Source: Candidatus Marinacidobacterium sp. (GTDB lineage: Bacteria; Acidobacteriota; Vicinamibacteria; Marinacidobacterales; Marinacidobacteraceae). From it: a DNA stretch of 64,000 nt. Positions 1 through 10,120 of the stretch are shown in pieces. The stretch spans positions 2,784,001 to 2,848,000 of the forward strand of contig OZ244852.1 in NCBI GenBank assembly GCA_965220965.1, written 5' to 3'. The notes under the pieces were generated by a model. It did no database searches. It was not told where the DNA came from and saw nothing but the letters and a program-made list of their open reading frames with translations. Position 1 is the first letter of the stretch; each line of letters opens with the position of its first letter. The position numbers and the translations under genes are program-made.

Positions 1-5
1 CGCTC

Positions 6-2663
6 ATGCGCCGCGACCTGCGGATGTATTTCTCGAACCCGTCGGGCTACGTCTTCCTGACGCTGTTCATCCTGCTGAGCGCGGCCGCCGCCTTCTGGCA
101 GGACCGGTTCTTCCTGAACAACCTGGCGAACCTCGACCAGTTGAACGGGCTGTTGCCCTTCATCCTCGTGTTCTTCATCCCGGCGCTCACGATGTCGGTC
201 TGGGCGGAGGAGAAGAAGCTGGGGACCGATGAGCTGCTGCTCACCCTCCCGGCCACCGACCTCGAGATCGTGCTCGGCAAGTACGCCGCGGTGCTCGGGA
301 TCTACGGCGCCGCGCTGCTGCTCTCGCTGAGCCACGCGCTCGTCCTGATCTTCCTCGGGAGTCCCGACTGGGGTCTGCTCTTCGCCAACTACCTGGGCTA
401 CGCGCTCTTCGGCGCGGCGCTCGCCGCCGCCGGCATGACCGCGTCGCTGCTGACGTCGATCCCGACGATCGCCTTCATCCTGGGGGCGGTGTTCTCGGCG
501 TTTCTCGTCCTGCCGGGGACCTTGCTCGGGAGCCTCAGCCCGGGCCTCGCGCGCATGATCGAGCCGATCTCGGCGACCGCCCACTTCGCCGAGTTCGGCC
601 GGGGCGTCGTCCCGGTCACCTCGGTCCTCTACTTCGTCTCGGTCGCCGGGTTCTTCCTCTACCTGAACGTTCTGTTCGTCGGGCGCCGGCACTGGCCGGC
701 GACCGCCGACGGCTACCGGATGTCCACGCATCACGCCGCCCGCGCGGTGGCGGTCGCGCTCATCCTGCTCAGCGGCGGCGTTCTCGTCTCCCGGCTCGGG
801 CTGCGGATGGACACGACCGCCGAGCGCCTTCACTCGCTCTCCGGCGAGACCACGGAGCTCCTTCGCAGCCTCCCCGACGACCGGCCGGTCTTCGTCCAGG
901 CCTACCTGAGCCAGGACGTTCCCGAGCCGCTCGTCCAGACCCGGGTGAACCTCGAGAGCATGCTCCGGGAGATGGAGTCGGTGAGCGGGGGCCGGGTCCA
1001 GGTCCTCATCGAGGACACCGAGCCCTTCACCGAGGCGGCCCGCGAGGCGCGCGAGAAGTTCGGCATCCTGCCCCGGCAGATCCCGAGCGTGACTTCGGCG
1101 CGCACCGGGGTCAGCGATGTCTTTCTCGGCGTCGCGTTCACCTGCGCCGCCGAGGAGCAGGTCATTCCCTTCTTCGACCGCGGGCTCCCGGTCGAGTACG
1201 AGCTCGCCCGCAGCATCCGGGTGGTCGCGAACACCGCGAAGCGCCGGATCGGGGTCATCTCGAAGGAGCTCCAGATCTTCGGCGGGCTCGACTTCCAGAC
1301 GATGCGTTCGAACCCCGAGTGGTCGGTCGTGGATGAGCTTCGCAAGCAGTACGAGGTCGTCCAGATCCGGCCGGACTCGGCGATCACAGAAGACGTTGAC
1401 GGCCTCCTCGTTGTGCTCCCCTCGACGCTCGCCGACGACGAGATGGCGAACGTGACCGACTTCATCCGCAGCGGCGTCCCGGCTCTCCTGCTGGTGGACC
1501 CGCTCCCGGTCGTGAACATCGGCCTCGCGCCCTCCGAGCCTCCCGGCGCCTCGCAGAACCCGTTCATGCGCCAGGGCCAGCCGCCTCCGACCCCGAAGGG
1601 GAACGTGCAGTCGTTCCTCGCCGGGCTCGGGTTCTCGTGGGATCCGGGCGGCATCGTGTGGGACACCTACAACCCGCACCCCGACCTCGGCCATCTGCCG
1701 CCGGAGGTCGTCTTCCTGGGCCCGGGCAACGGGAACCCGGAAGTCTTCTCCGCGGCCTCCCCCGCCAGCGCCGGGCTCCAGCAGGTCGTCCTGATCTACC
1801 CGGGCTACCTCGAGCCGCTCGCCGGCTCCACCGCCGAGTTCGAGCCGCTGCTCACCAGCGGCGAGGTCTCGGGCGTCCTCCCCTACTTCCAGATGGTCCA
1901 GCGGAACTTCCTCGGTTCCCAGTTGAACCCGAACCTGCCCCACCGGCCGGACCCGATGACCTACGTGGTCGCCGCCGAGGCCCGCACCTTCCGCCCCGAC
2001 GAGACCGGCGAGGATGGCGAAGCCCAGGCGCCCTCGACCGGGGCCGACAGCACCCGCGTCATCGCGATCGCCGACCTCGACTTCATCTCCGAGCAGTTCT
2101 TCGAGCTTCGCCGGATCGGTCCGCCGAACCTGAACTTCGACAACGTCTCGTTCTTCCTGAACGCGATGGACGTTCTCGTCGGGGACGAGTCCTTCGTCTC
2201 GCTGAGGAACCGCCGCGTCCGCCACCGGACGCTCGAGGCGGTCGAACAAAGGGTTCTCGCCTACACCGAGCAGCGCAGCGCCGAGGAGGACGAGGCGGAG
2301 GCCAGCGCCGACGAGGCGCTCCGGCAGGCGCAGGAGCGGCTCGACCGGCGGATCGCCGCGGTCCGGGAGCGTGACGACCTCGACGCCCAGGCGAAGGACA
2401 TCATGGCCCGCAACCTGGAAGAGGTGGAGCAGCGCCGCTTCCAGGTCCTCGAGGCGAACATCAACGCGAACAAGGAGGCCGAAGTGCGCGCCAGCGAGGA
2501 GCGCATGGAGGCCCAGATTCGCCGGATCCAGAGCGGGATCCGCACCGCCGCGGTCCTGCTGCCGCCGATTCCGGTGTTTCTCCTCGGCGTCTGGACCTTC
2601 GTCCGCCGACGCCGGGCCGAACAGGAGGGGGCGGCCGCCGCGCGCCGCCTGCGTCAGCGATGA
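6..2663 (+). CDS. ABC-2-type permease fused to GldG-like extracytoplasmic domain (possibly 5'-partial)
   Basis: N-terminal multi-TM region with GldF-like 'EEKKLGTDELLLTLP'; GldG-like 'DTTAERLHSLS..T..LL..L' region; C-terminal coiled coil plus TM. The frame may extend beyond the window edge. Confidence 0.8.
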   Translation: MRRDLRMYFSNPSGYVFLTLFILLSAAAAFWQDRFFLNNLANLDQLNGLLPFILVFFIPALTMSVWAEEKKLGTDELLLTLPATDLEIVLGKYAAVLGIYGAALLLSLSHALVLIFLGSPDWGLLFANYLGYALFGAALAAAGMTASLLTSIPTIAFILGAVFSAFLVLPGTLLGSLSPGLARMIEPISATAHFAEFGRGVVPVTSVLYFVSVAGFFLYLNVLFVGRRHWPATADGYRMSTHHAARAVAVALILLSGGVLVSRLGLRMDTTAERLHSLSGETTELLRSLPDDRPVFVQAYLSQDVPEPLVQTRVNLESMLREMESVSGGRVQVLIEDTEPFTEAAREAREKFGILPRQIPSVTSARTGVSDVFLGVAFTCAAEEQVIPFFDRGLPVEYELARSIRVVANTAKRRIGVISKELQIFGGLDFQTMRSNPEWSVVDELRKQYEVVQIRPDSAITEDVDGLLVVLPSTLADDEMANVTDFIRSGVPALLLVDPLPVVNIGLAPSEPPGASQNPFMRQGQPPPTPKGNVQSFLAGLGFSWDPGGIVWDTYNPHPDLGHLPPEVVFLGPGNGNPEVFSAASPASAGLQQVVLIYPGYLEPLAGSTAEFEPLLTSGEVSGVLPYFQMVQRNFLGSQLNPNLPHRPDPMTYVVAAEARTFRPDETGEDGEAQAPSTGADSTRVIAIADLDFISEQFFELRRIGPPNLNFDNVSFFLNAMDVLVGDESFVSLRNRRVRHRTLEAVEQRVLAYTEQRSAEEDEAEASADEALRQAQERLDRRIAAVRERDDLDAQAKDIMARNLEEVEQRRFQVLEANINANKEAEVRASEERMEAQIRRIQSGIRTAAVLLPPIPVFLLGVWTFVRRRRAEQEGAAAARRLRQR

Positions 2664-4096
2664 GCAACGAGCGGGAGACGAACGCGATGTCCGAGACCGG
2701 AACGAATCAGGCCGCCGCCAAGCCGCCGCCGGGCCCGGTGCTGCGGCGCACCCAGACGCTCGTCGGCGCCGCGCTGCTCCTCACCGTGCTCGCCGCGGTG
2801 AGCGCGCCGCGGAACCCCGAGCCGACCGACTTCGTCGACCTCGGCGAGCGGTTCTTCCCGGCCTTCGAGGACCCCGCCGAAGCGATGTCGCTCGAGGTCA
2901 TCGAGTTCGACGCCGACACCGCCGAGGCCATCCCCTTCCGGGTGCAGAACGAAGGCGGGATCTGGACGATCCCCAGCCATCACGACTACCCGGCCGACGG
3001 GGCGGACCGGCTGGCGCAGACCGCCGCCGGGATCCTCCTGCTCGAGAAGGACGACTTCCGTTCCGAGAACGTGGCGGACCATCCGCTGCTGGGCGTCGTG
3101 GACCCGCTCGACGAGGGCGCCGTGTCCCTCGTGGGGCGGGGCCGCCGCGTCACGGTGAAGGCCTCCGGGGACCGGATCCTCGCCGACCTGATCATCGGCG
3201 ACGCGGTCGAGGACCGCGAGGGGTCGTACTTCGTCCGCGTTCCCGGCCAGAAGCGGGTCTACGTCTCGAACCTGGGAGTCGACATCTCCGGGCGGTTCGC
3301 CGACTGGATCGAGCGCGATCTGCTGCTGCTGGACCGGGACCGCGTCATCTCGGCCACGATCGAGGACTACTCGATCAACGAGCGCACCCTGCGGGTGGAC
3401 CGCCGGGACGGGCTGTCGCTCGTGAAGGAAGACGATGCCTGGACCGCCGACGGTCTCGGTTCCGGCGAGGAGCCCGACTCGTTCGGGATCGGCGAGATGA
3501 TCCGGGCCGCCGACGAGCTCGAGATCGTGGGCGTCCGTCCCAAGCCCGCCGGGATCGCCGCTTCGCTCACCGGCGAGGTGGCGGCCGTCTCCAGCGCCGA
3601 CATCCTCTCACTCCAGAGCCGGGGCTATTACCTCACCCAGGACGGCAGCCTGCTCTCGAACGAGGGCGAGGTCCGTCTCGAGACCGATGAGGGCATCCGC
3701 TACACGCTTCGTTTCGGCGAAGTGGTCTACGGACGGGGCGACGAGATCACCGCCGGGACGCCGACCGAGCCGGATGACCCCTCGATGGCCACCGGTCCCG
3801 CGGAGAACCGCTACCTCTTCGTCACCGCCGAGTTCCTCGAGTCGCGCTTTCCCGAGCCGCCGCGTCCTCCGAACCGCGACTACCTCGACAAGCCGGCGGA
3901 CGAGATCACCGACGAGGACCGCGCCAACCGGGACCTCGCCCGCGAGTGGGACCGCTGGGAGGAGGACGTCCGGAAGGGCCGCGAACTCCAGGACACGCTG
4001 ACCCGTCGCTTCGCCAACTGGTACTACGTGATCTCCCAGGACTCCTTCGAGGACATCCGCAAGGGCCGCGACGACCTGATCCGCGAATCCGCCTGA
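2660..4096 (+). CDS. DUF4340-family membrane-anchored protein
   Basis: N-terminal TM, 'W.I.SH..YPAD' and 'YFVRVPGQKRVY' motifs; ATGA overlap with the GldG-like gene, a usual pairing. Confidence 0.7.
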   Translation: MSNERETNAMSETGTNQAAAKPPPGPVLRRTQTLVGAALLLTVLAAVSAPRNPEPTDFVDLGERFFPAFEDPAEAMSLEVIEFDADTAEAIPFRVQNEGGIWTIPSHHDYPADGADRLAQTAAGILLLEKDDFRSENVADHPLLGVVDPLDEGAVSLVGRGRRVTVKASGDRILADLIIGDAVEDREGSYFVRVPGQKRVYVSNLGVDISGRFADWIERDLLLLDRDRVISATIEDYSINERTLRVDRRDGLSLVKEDDAWTADGLGSGEEPDSFGIGEMIRAADELEIVGVRPKPAGIAASLTGEVAAVSSADILSLQSRGYYLTQDGSLLSNEGEVRLETDEGIRYTLRFGEVVYGRGDEITAGTPTEPDDPSMATGPAENRYLFVTAEFLESRFPEPPRPPNRDYLDKPADEITDEDRANRDLAREWDRWEEDVRKGRELQDTLTRRFANWYYVISQDSFEDIRKGRDDLIRESA

Positions 4097-4130
4097 CGCG
4101 GGAGCCGTCCCCGCTGCTGACCGGGGCGGC

Positions 4131-5273
4131 TTACGTGGGCGCCTCTCCGAGGCGTTCGAGGATCCAGCGGTCCACCGCCCACAACTGGTCCTCGCGGTTC
4201 GAGTAGGGCCCCGGGCGGTAGGCGGACGAGCCGATCCCCGCCTGCGCCAGTTCGGACACCCGCCAGTCCTGACGGTTCGTCGTGTCCCAGAAGTCCACCG
4301 CCGGGGCGGGATCGAACCCGGGCGCCTCGACCGCTTCCGGGGAGAACAGCCACTGGCAGCGGATGACCGTCGCGCCCACGCCTCGCGGCTCGAGGATGTA
4401 GCGCACCACGTAGTCCGGATGGAGGCACAGCATGAGGTTCGGCAGCAGGATCTCGTAGCCGATACGCCGCAGCGCCTTCCCGGTGAGTCCCGGCAGCGGC
4501 CGGCCCACGAACCGGCCGTCGGGCGACAGGGTCTCCGCTCCCTCCGCCAGGTCCATGGTGGATCCGACCGCTCCCGGCGTCAGCGGGAAGTTCTCGCCGG
4601 TGAGGTAGTGGGAGAGCTGCTGAAGCTGCGGATGGATCACCGGGCAGTGGAGGCACTCCGAGAAGTTCTGCACCACCAGCTTCCAGTTGGCCCGCAGCTC
4701 GTAGCGCGCCGACCGCGCGGTCACGAGCGCCTCCATGCCGTAGGGCCGCACCCGGTCGGCGGCGGGTCCAAGCTGTTCCGGAAGGTCGGGTCCCTCCGGC
4801 GCCACCCGGACCCAGACCACCCCGCCCCACGTCTCGCAGGCCGCCGCCGCCAGCGGCCATTCGTTGGTTGAGAACCCCGGGACCTGATCCATGTGCGGCG
4901 CGCTGCGAAGCCGGCCGTCGAGTCCGTAGGTCCACGCGTGGTACGGGCACTGAACCGCTCCCGGCAGGCGCCCCGATCCCTCGTCCACCAGCCGGGTTCC
5001 CCGGTGGCGACAGACGTTGTGGAAGGCGCGGAACTCCCCGTCCTCGCCCCGCGCCACGAGGAGCGAGTCGCCCCCCACCTCAACGACCCGATATCCCCCT
5101 TCGCCGGCGGGGATCTCGTCCACTCCGCAGGCGGCGCTCCACATCGTCCGGTGGACCCGTTCGTTCTCCCGCTCGAAGACCTCCGGGCTCACGTAGAACC
5201 GCGCCGGGAGCGTCCTCGCCCCGGTCGGCGCGGGCGGGCGCTCGCGCGCCGCCACCCGCTCCGAAGGGCTCAC
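4131..5273 (-). CDS. Rieske non-heme iron oxygenase alpha subunit (choline/glycine betaine monooxygenase-like)
   Basis: Rieske CRHRG...CPYHAW; catalytic 'NWKL...NFSECLHCPVIHP' and 'NRQDW'. Confidence 0.9.
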   Translation of the reverse strand: MSPSERVAARERPPAPTGARTLPARFYVSPEVFERENERVHRTMWSAACGVDEIPAGEGGYRVVEVGGDSLLVARGEDGEFRAFHNVCRHRGTRLVDEGSGRLPGAVQCPYHAWTYGLDGRLRSAPHMDQVPGFSTNEWPLAAAACETWGGVVWVRVAPEGPDLPEQLGPAADRVRPYGMEALVTARSARYELRANWKLVVQNFSECLHCPVIHPQLQQLSHYLTGENFPLTPGAVGSTMDLAEGAETLSPDGRFVGRPLPGLTGKALRRIGYEILLPNLMLCLHPDYVVRYILEPRGVGATVIRCQWLFSPEAVEAPGFDPAPAVDFWDTTNRQDWRVSELAQAGIGSSAYRPGPYSNREDQLWAVDRWILERLGEAPT

Positions 5274-6472
5274 CCGGCGGGCGCCGCCCGCTTCCGCGGC
5301 GGATCGAAGAACGGCAGCGCGGCCACCACCGACCTCGCCCGGAGCCGCTCGTACTCGACGGTGAGTTCGATCTCCACCGGAGTTCCCGGCCGCTCGAACC
5401 CCCGGTCCACCGTCGCGAGCGCAAGCTGCCGCTTCAGCAGCGGCGACCAGACGACGCTCGTCGCCCTCCCCACCTGCTCGCCCCCGGAATAGACCGGGAC
5501 GCCCCCCCGGTCGACTTCATCCGCCATTTCCGGCGACAGATCGAACCGCCCGAAGAGCCGCTCGAACTCATCGATCCCGGTCTCGATCCCCACGAAGAAC
5601 CGCTCGGTCCCCCGGTCGCGCTCCGCCCGGAGCGCGGCGTCCCCGATGAACGGCCGCTTCTTCTTCGCGCTCACCGCCCACCCGAGTCCCATTTCGTAGG
5701 GGGTCGATTTCTGGTGCTCGGCGAGCGCCCGCTCGGCGTTCCAGAAGTCCACATCGATCAGCGGGTAGCCGGCCTCCACCCGCGCCCGGTCGAGCGCCAC
5801 CATCCCCGCCGGGACGAGTCCCCGGGGCGCCCCCGCCTCCATCAGCAGGTCCCAGAGGGAAAGCGCGTGATCGCGTTCGACCCATACCTCGTACCCCAGA
5901 TCCCCGGTGTATCCGGTCCGGGTCACGACCACCGGGACGCCGCCGAGGCGGGTCTCCCGCAGACGGAAGTACCCGACGCCCCCGAGGTCCTCGTCGGCCA
6001 GCGTCTGGAGGATGGCGAACGAGGTGGGGCCCTGGAGCGCCAGCGCGCCGTAGCGCTCGGACACGTCCTCGATCGTCACGTCCATCCCGAAGGCGACGTC
6101 CTCGAACCACGGCAGCGTCGGGTCGACCGCGGTGGCCCGCACCAGCTCCTTCGAAATCCGCTGGAAGCACCCGTCCTGCATGAGCTTGCCCGCCGGGTCG
6201 CACCACCCCGAGTAGAGCACCTGTCCCACCCGCGAGCGGGCCACGTTCCGGGTGATCAGCCGGTCCGCGAGCGCGGTCGCGTCCCGCCCCCGGAGGTCGT
6301 ACTTGTAGAGCGGCGAGACATCGAACATCGCCGTCCCCGACCGCACCGCGTGGTACTCCGGGTCATGGAACGGATCGAACGTCTCGGCGACGAAGTAACC
6401 CGACCACTCCTTCCAGCGCAGACTCCGGCTGAGCGCCTCGGTGCGGGGATGGAAGGGGGTGCCGACGGCCAA
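5270..6472 (-). CDS. GcvT-family aminomethyltransferase
   Basis: 'EYHAVR...MFDVS', 'ALQGP', 'TRTGYTGDLGYE', 'LDRARVEAG', C-terminal 'LPFFDP'; TTG start. Confidence 0.88.
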   Translation of the reverse strand: MAVGTPFHPRTEALSRSLRWKEWSGYFVAETFDPFHDPEYHAVRSGTAMFDVSPLYKYDLRGRDATALADRLITRNVARSRVGQVLYSGWCDPAGKLMQDGCFQRISKELVRATAVDPTLPWFEDVAFGMDVTIEDVSERYGALALQGPTSFAILQTLADEDLGGVGYFRLRETRLGGVPVVVTRTGYTGDLGYEVWVERDHALSLWDLLMEAGAPRGLVPAGMVALDRARVEAGYPLIDVDFWNAERALAEHQKSTPYEMGLGWAVSAKKKRPFIGDAALRAERDRGTERFFVGIETGIDEFERLFGRFDLSPEMADEVDRGGVPVYSGGEQVGRATSVVWSPLLKRQLALATVDRGFERPGTPVEIELTVEYERLRARSVVAALPFFDPPRKRAAPAG

Positions 6473-6582
6473 TCGAGAGAGCTCCCGGAGCCTCCGGGAA
6501 GACCCGCCATTATCCCCACCCCGGACGCTCCTCCCATGGAGCGTGCAGGCGGTTGGTATCCTCGGTCCGGGAGGTCAGGACG

Positions 6583-7380
6583 ATGAGACTCTCGCCAGAC
6601 CCCGCCCCGAAGCGTCTCCGAGGGCTTCTTCCGATCTTTGCGGCGGCGCTCGCGCTGGCGCCCGGGATCGCCGTCAGCCAGGAGCAGGGGCAGCGGCTCT
6701 TCGAGGTCCACTGCGCGCGCTGCCACGGGCTCGACGGAGCCGGCGGCGAGGGCCCCAGCCTCTTTCGCGAGAACCTGCGCCGCGCCACCGACGAGGAGAC
6801 GATGCGCGAGATCGTGGACCGTGGGATTCCCGGGACCGACATGCCTCCGGCGAGTTCGCTGAACAGCCAGGAGATCGGAGCGGTCGCCGACTACGTGCTC
6901 TCGTTCGGCGTCGTCGCCCAGGTCGATCTGCCGGGCGATGCGGCGGCGGGCGAAGAACTGTTCACCGCCGCGGCGTGCGGGGCCTGCCATCTGGTGAACG
7001 GCGTGGGGATCGCCTTCGGGCCCGACCTCTCGGACATCGGTCTGCTGCGGGGGCCCGCGTTCCTGCGCGAGTCCATCGAGGCGCCCGAGGCCGCAGTGCT
7101 GCCCCGACATCGCACCGTCCGGATCGAGGAGGCCGGGGGCGCCCAGGTCATGGGGATCCGGGTCAACGAGGACACCTTCTCGATTCAGGTCCTCACCCCG
7201 GCGGGCGAACTGCGGTCCTACCGCAAGGGGGAGATCCGCGAGTTCGCCCTGCTGCCCGGGGAGAGCCTGATGATGAGCTACGCCGGCCAGTTCACCGACG
7301 CGGAGCTGGACGATCTGGTGGCGTACCTGGCTTCGCTTCGAGGCCGGAATGACGAAATGACGGGAGGCCAGCCGGAATGA
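6583..7380 (+). CDS. Exported di-heme c-type cytochrome
   Basis: Signal peptide; CARCH and CGACH; 'GPDLSDIG'. ATG at 6583 follows GGAGG. Confidence 0.85.
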   Translation: MRLSPDPAPKRLRGLLPIFAAALALAPGIAVSQEQGQRLFEVHCARCHGLDGAGGEGPSLFRENLRRATDEETMREIVDRGIPGTDMPPASSLNSQEIGAVADYVLSFGVVAQVDLPGDAAAGEELFTAAACGACHLVNGVGIAFGPDLSDIGLLRGPAFLRESIEAPEAAVLPRHRTVRIEEAGGAQVMGIRVNEDTFSIQVLTPAGELRSYRKGEIREFALLPGESLMMSYAGQFTDAELDDLVAYLASLRGRNDEMTGGQPE

Positions 7381-9023
7381 ACCGTCCGAAGATGACCCGG
7401 GGTCGCGGCGCGTGGGCGGCGGCGGCCCTCGCCGGGCTGATCCTGCCCTCGGCCGGGGTGGCCCAGGTTCCGTATTCGCGCCTCACCGGCGCGGACGCCG
7501 AGCCGCACAACTGGCTCACCTACTCGGGGAACTACCGGGCGGAACGTTTCTCCCGGCTGGACTCGATCCACCGCGACAACGTCCACCGGCTGCGCCCGGC
7601 CTGGGTCTACCAGACGGGAACCGCCGGACGGGTCGAGGTCACTCCGCTCGTGGTGGACGGGATCATGTACATCGCCGAGCCGCCGAGCACGATCGCGGCG
7701 CTCGACGCCCGGACCGGGCGCCGGTTGTGGCGCTACGACCCCGGCGTGCCCGATGAGACGCTGAACATCGGCTTCCCGAGGGTGAACCGGGGCGTCGCGC
7801 TGCTGGACGACGGAGTGTTCTTCGGAACGCTCGACGCCTTCGTGATGGCGCTCGACCGCTCCACCGGGGACGTCCGCTGGCGCGTCCCGCTCGGCGACAA
7901 CCGGATCGGCGTCGCGATCACCGCCGCGCCTCTCGCGGTGGACGGGAAGATCATCGTGGGCATGAGCGGCGGCGAAGCCGGAGTGCGGGGCTTCCTCGAC
8001 GCCTACGACCCGGCGACCGGGGAGCGCCTGTGGCGCTTCTGGGCGGTTCCCGAGCCCGGCCAGCCGGGCGGCGACACCTGGGAGGGCGACGCCTGGAAGA
8101 CCGGAGGCGGCGCCACCTGGCTGACCGGCGCCTACGACCCCGAACTGAACCTGCTCTACTGGGGCCTCGGCAACCCCGCCCCCGACTGGAACGGGGACCT
8201 GCGGCCGGGGGACAACCTGTTCACCTGCTCGATCGTGGCGATCGACGCCGACACCGGCGAGCTCCGCTGGCACTTCCAGTTCACCCCCCACGACACCCAC
8301 GACTGGGACGCCAACCAGATCCCGGTCCTGGTGGACGCCGAGTGGGAGGGTTCCCCCCGGAAGCTCGTGATCCTCGCCAACCGGAACGCCTTCTACTACG
8401 TCCTCGACCGCGAGACGGGGCAGTTCCTCCGCGCCACCCAGTATGCGACCCAGACCTGGGCGGAGCGGATCGACGAGAACGGGCGGCCGGTCCTCATCCC
8501 GGGGATGGACCCGAGCGAGGAAGGCACGCTCGTCTGGCCGAGCCTCGCCGGCGCCACCAACTGGTACAGCCCTTCGTTCGATCCCGGGCGGAACCTGCTG
8601 TTCGTGCCCACCCGCGAGATGTCCTCCTGGTACTACAAGAGCGACGCCGAGTACGAGCCCGGCCAGCCCTTCCTCGGCGGCGGCGAGCGCCGGGTCGAGG
8701 ACGAAAACACCTACGGAGCGGTTCGCGCCCTCGAGCTCGGCGGCGAGCTCCGCTGGGAGTTCCGCCAGCTCACGCCAGCGGTCTCGGGGGTGATGGCGAC
8801 CGCCGGCGACCTGGTCTTCAGCGGCACCGACGAGGGCAACATCTTCGCCCTCGACGCCGATACCGGCGAGGCGCTGTGGGACTACTACGCCGGGGGCCGG
8901 GTGCGGGCCGCTCCGATGTCGTTCGCCCTCGACGGCGAGCAGTTCATCTCGGTCGCCGCCGGGCAGTCGGTGTTCACCTTCGGGCTGGCGCCCGCCGGAG
9001 CGACGACGGAGGACCCGGAATGA
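7377..9023 (+). CDS. PQQ-dependent dehydrogenase (alcohol dehydrogenase-like beta-propeller)
   Basis: Signal peptide, 'NWLTYSGNY', repeated Trp-docking motifs (ALDARTGRRLW), 'GNPAPDW', 'HDTHDWD'. Confidence 0.9.
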   Translation: MNRPKMTRGRGAWAAAALAGLILPSAGVAQVPYSRLTGADAEPHNWLTYSGNYRAERFSRLDSIHRDNVHRLRPAWVYQTGTAGRVEVTPLVVDGIMYIAEPPSTIAALDARTGRRLWRYDPGVPDETLNIGFPRVNRGVALLDDGVFFGTLDAFVMALDRSTGDVRWRVPLGDNRIGVAITAAPLAVDGKIIVGMSGGEAGVRGFLDAYDPATGERLWRFWAVPEPGQPGGDTWEGDAWKTGGGATWLTGAYDPELNLLYWGLGNPAPDWNGDLRPGDNLFTCSIVAIDADTGELRWHFQFTPHDTHDWDANQIPVLVDAEWEGSPRKLVILANRNAFYYVLDRETGQFLRATQYATQTWAERIDENGRPVLIPGMDPSEEGTLVWPSLAGATNWYSPSFDPGRNLLFVPTREMSSWYYKSDAEYEPGQPFLGGGERRVEDENTYGAVRALELGGELRWEFRQLTPAVSGVMATAGDLVFSGTDEGNIFALDADTGEALWDYYAGGRVRAAPMSFALDGEQFISVAAGQSVFTFGLAPAGATTEDPE

Positions 9024-10093
9024 CATCGAAAGACGCCCTCTTCCGGGCGACCGTCCGGACGGTTCCGGCGGCGCTCCTGGCGGCGGCGCTCGCCGCCGGC
9101 TGCGGCGAAGCCCCACCGGCCGAGCCCCCGCCGCCCGAGCCCTCGCCGGCGCCGCTGCTGCTCGTGAGCAACGAAGTCGGCGGCTCCATCAGCCTCGTGG
9201 ACACCGCCTCGCTCGAGGTCGTCGCCGAGATCGAGGTGGGTCGGCGCCCGCGCGGCGTCCGGGTGGCGCCGGGCGGTCGGATGGCCTACGTGGCGCTCTC
9301 CGGCTCGCCCCGCTGCCCGCCGTGGATGGACGAGGACGAGTGCGGGGAGGCCGACAAGAGCTACGACGGCATCGCCGAAGTCGACCTCGGCGAAAGGCGG
9401 CTGCTGCGCGTCCTGCCGGGCGGATCGGACCCCGAGACGTTCGACATCACCCCCGACGGCGCGCGGCTCGTCGTCTCGAACGAGGACTCCGACGAAGCCA
9501 GCCTGGTGGATGTCGCCTCCGGCGCCGTCATCCGGACCGTCCCGGTGGGGGCGGAGCCCGAGGGGGTCCGGATCAGCCCGGACGGGGCCCTCGCCTACGT
9601 CACCGGCGAGACCGATCACGACGTCACCGTCCTCAGCACGGCGACCGGCGACGAGATCGCCCGCATCCCGGTGGGAACCCGTCCCCGCGACGCCGTGTTC
9701 ACCCGCGACGGCTCGCGGGCCTACGTTTCCGCCGAGATCGCCGGGAACGTGTCCGAGATCATCGTGACCGAGAACCGCGTCGAGCGCACGTTCACCCTGC
9801 CGGAGGGCTCGCTCAGCATGGGGGTGGCGCTCTCTCCCGACGACCGGACGCTCTACGTGGCGAACGGCCGCGCCCGGACCGTTTCGGTCATCGATCTGAT
9901 GGAGGGCGTGATCACCCACGAAGTCGAGGTTGGCGAGCGCCCCTGGGGGATCATCGTCTCCGCCGACGGTTCGCGCCTCTACACCGCGAACGGCCCCTCG
10001 AACGACGTCAGCGTCCTCGACACCGCGACGCTGCAGATCCTCGCCCGGATCCCGGTGGGCGAGTCGCCCTGGGGCCTGGCGCTGACTCCCTGA
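9020..10093 (+). CDS. YVTN beta-propeller lipoprotein
   Basis: ATG at 9020 overlaps the upstream stop; lipobox 'LAAGC'; repeated 'VG..P.G', 'LYVANG', 'LYTANG'. Confidence 0.85.
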   Translation: MTSKDALFRATVRTVPAALLAAALAAGCGEAPPAEPPPPEPSPAPLLLVSNEVGGSISLVDTASLEVVAEIEVGRRPRGVRVAPGGRMAYVALSGSPRCPPWMDEDECGEADKSYDGIAEVDLGERRLLRVLPGGSDPETFDITPDGARLVVSNEDSDEASLVDVASGAVIRTVPVGAEPEGVRISPDGALAYVTGETDHDVTVLSTATGDEIARIPVGTRPRDAVFTRDGSRAYVSAEIAGNVSEIIVTENRVERTFTLPEGSLSMGVALSPDDRTLYVANGRARTVSVIDLMEGVITHEVEVGERPWGIIVSADGSRLYTANGPSNDVSVLDTATLQILARIPVGESPWGLALTP

Positions 10094-10120
10094 AGAGTCC
10101 CGTCGGGTAGGCCGGCCGGC

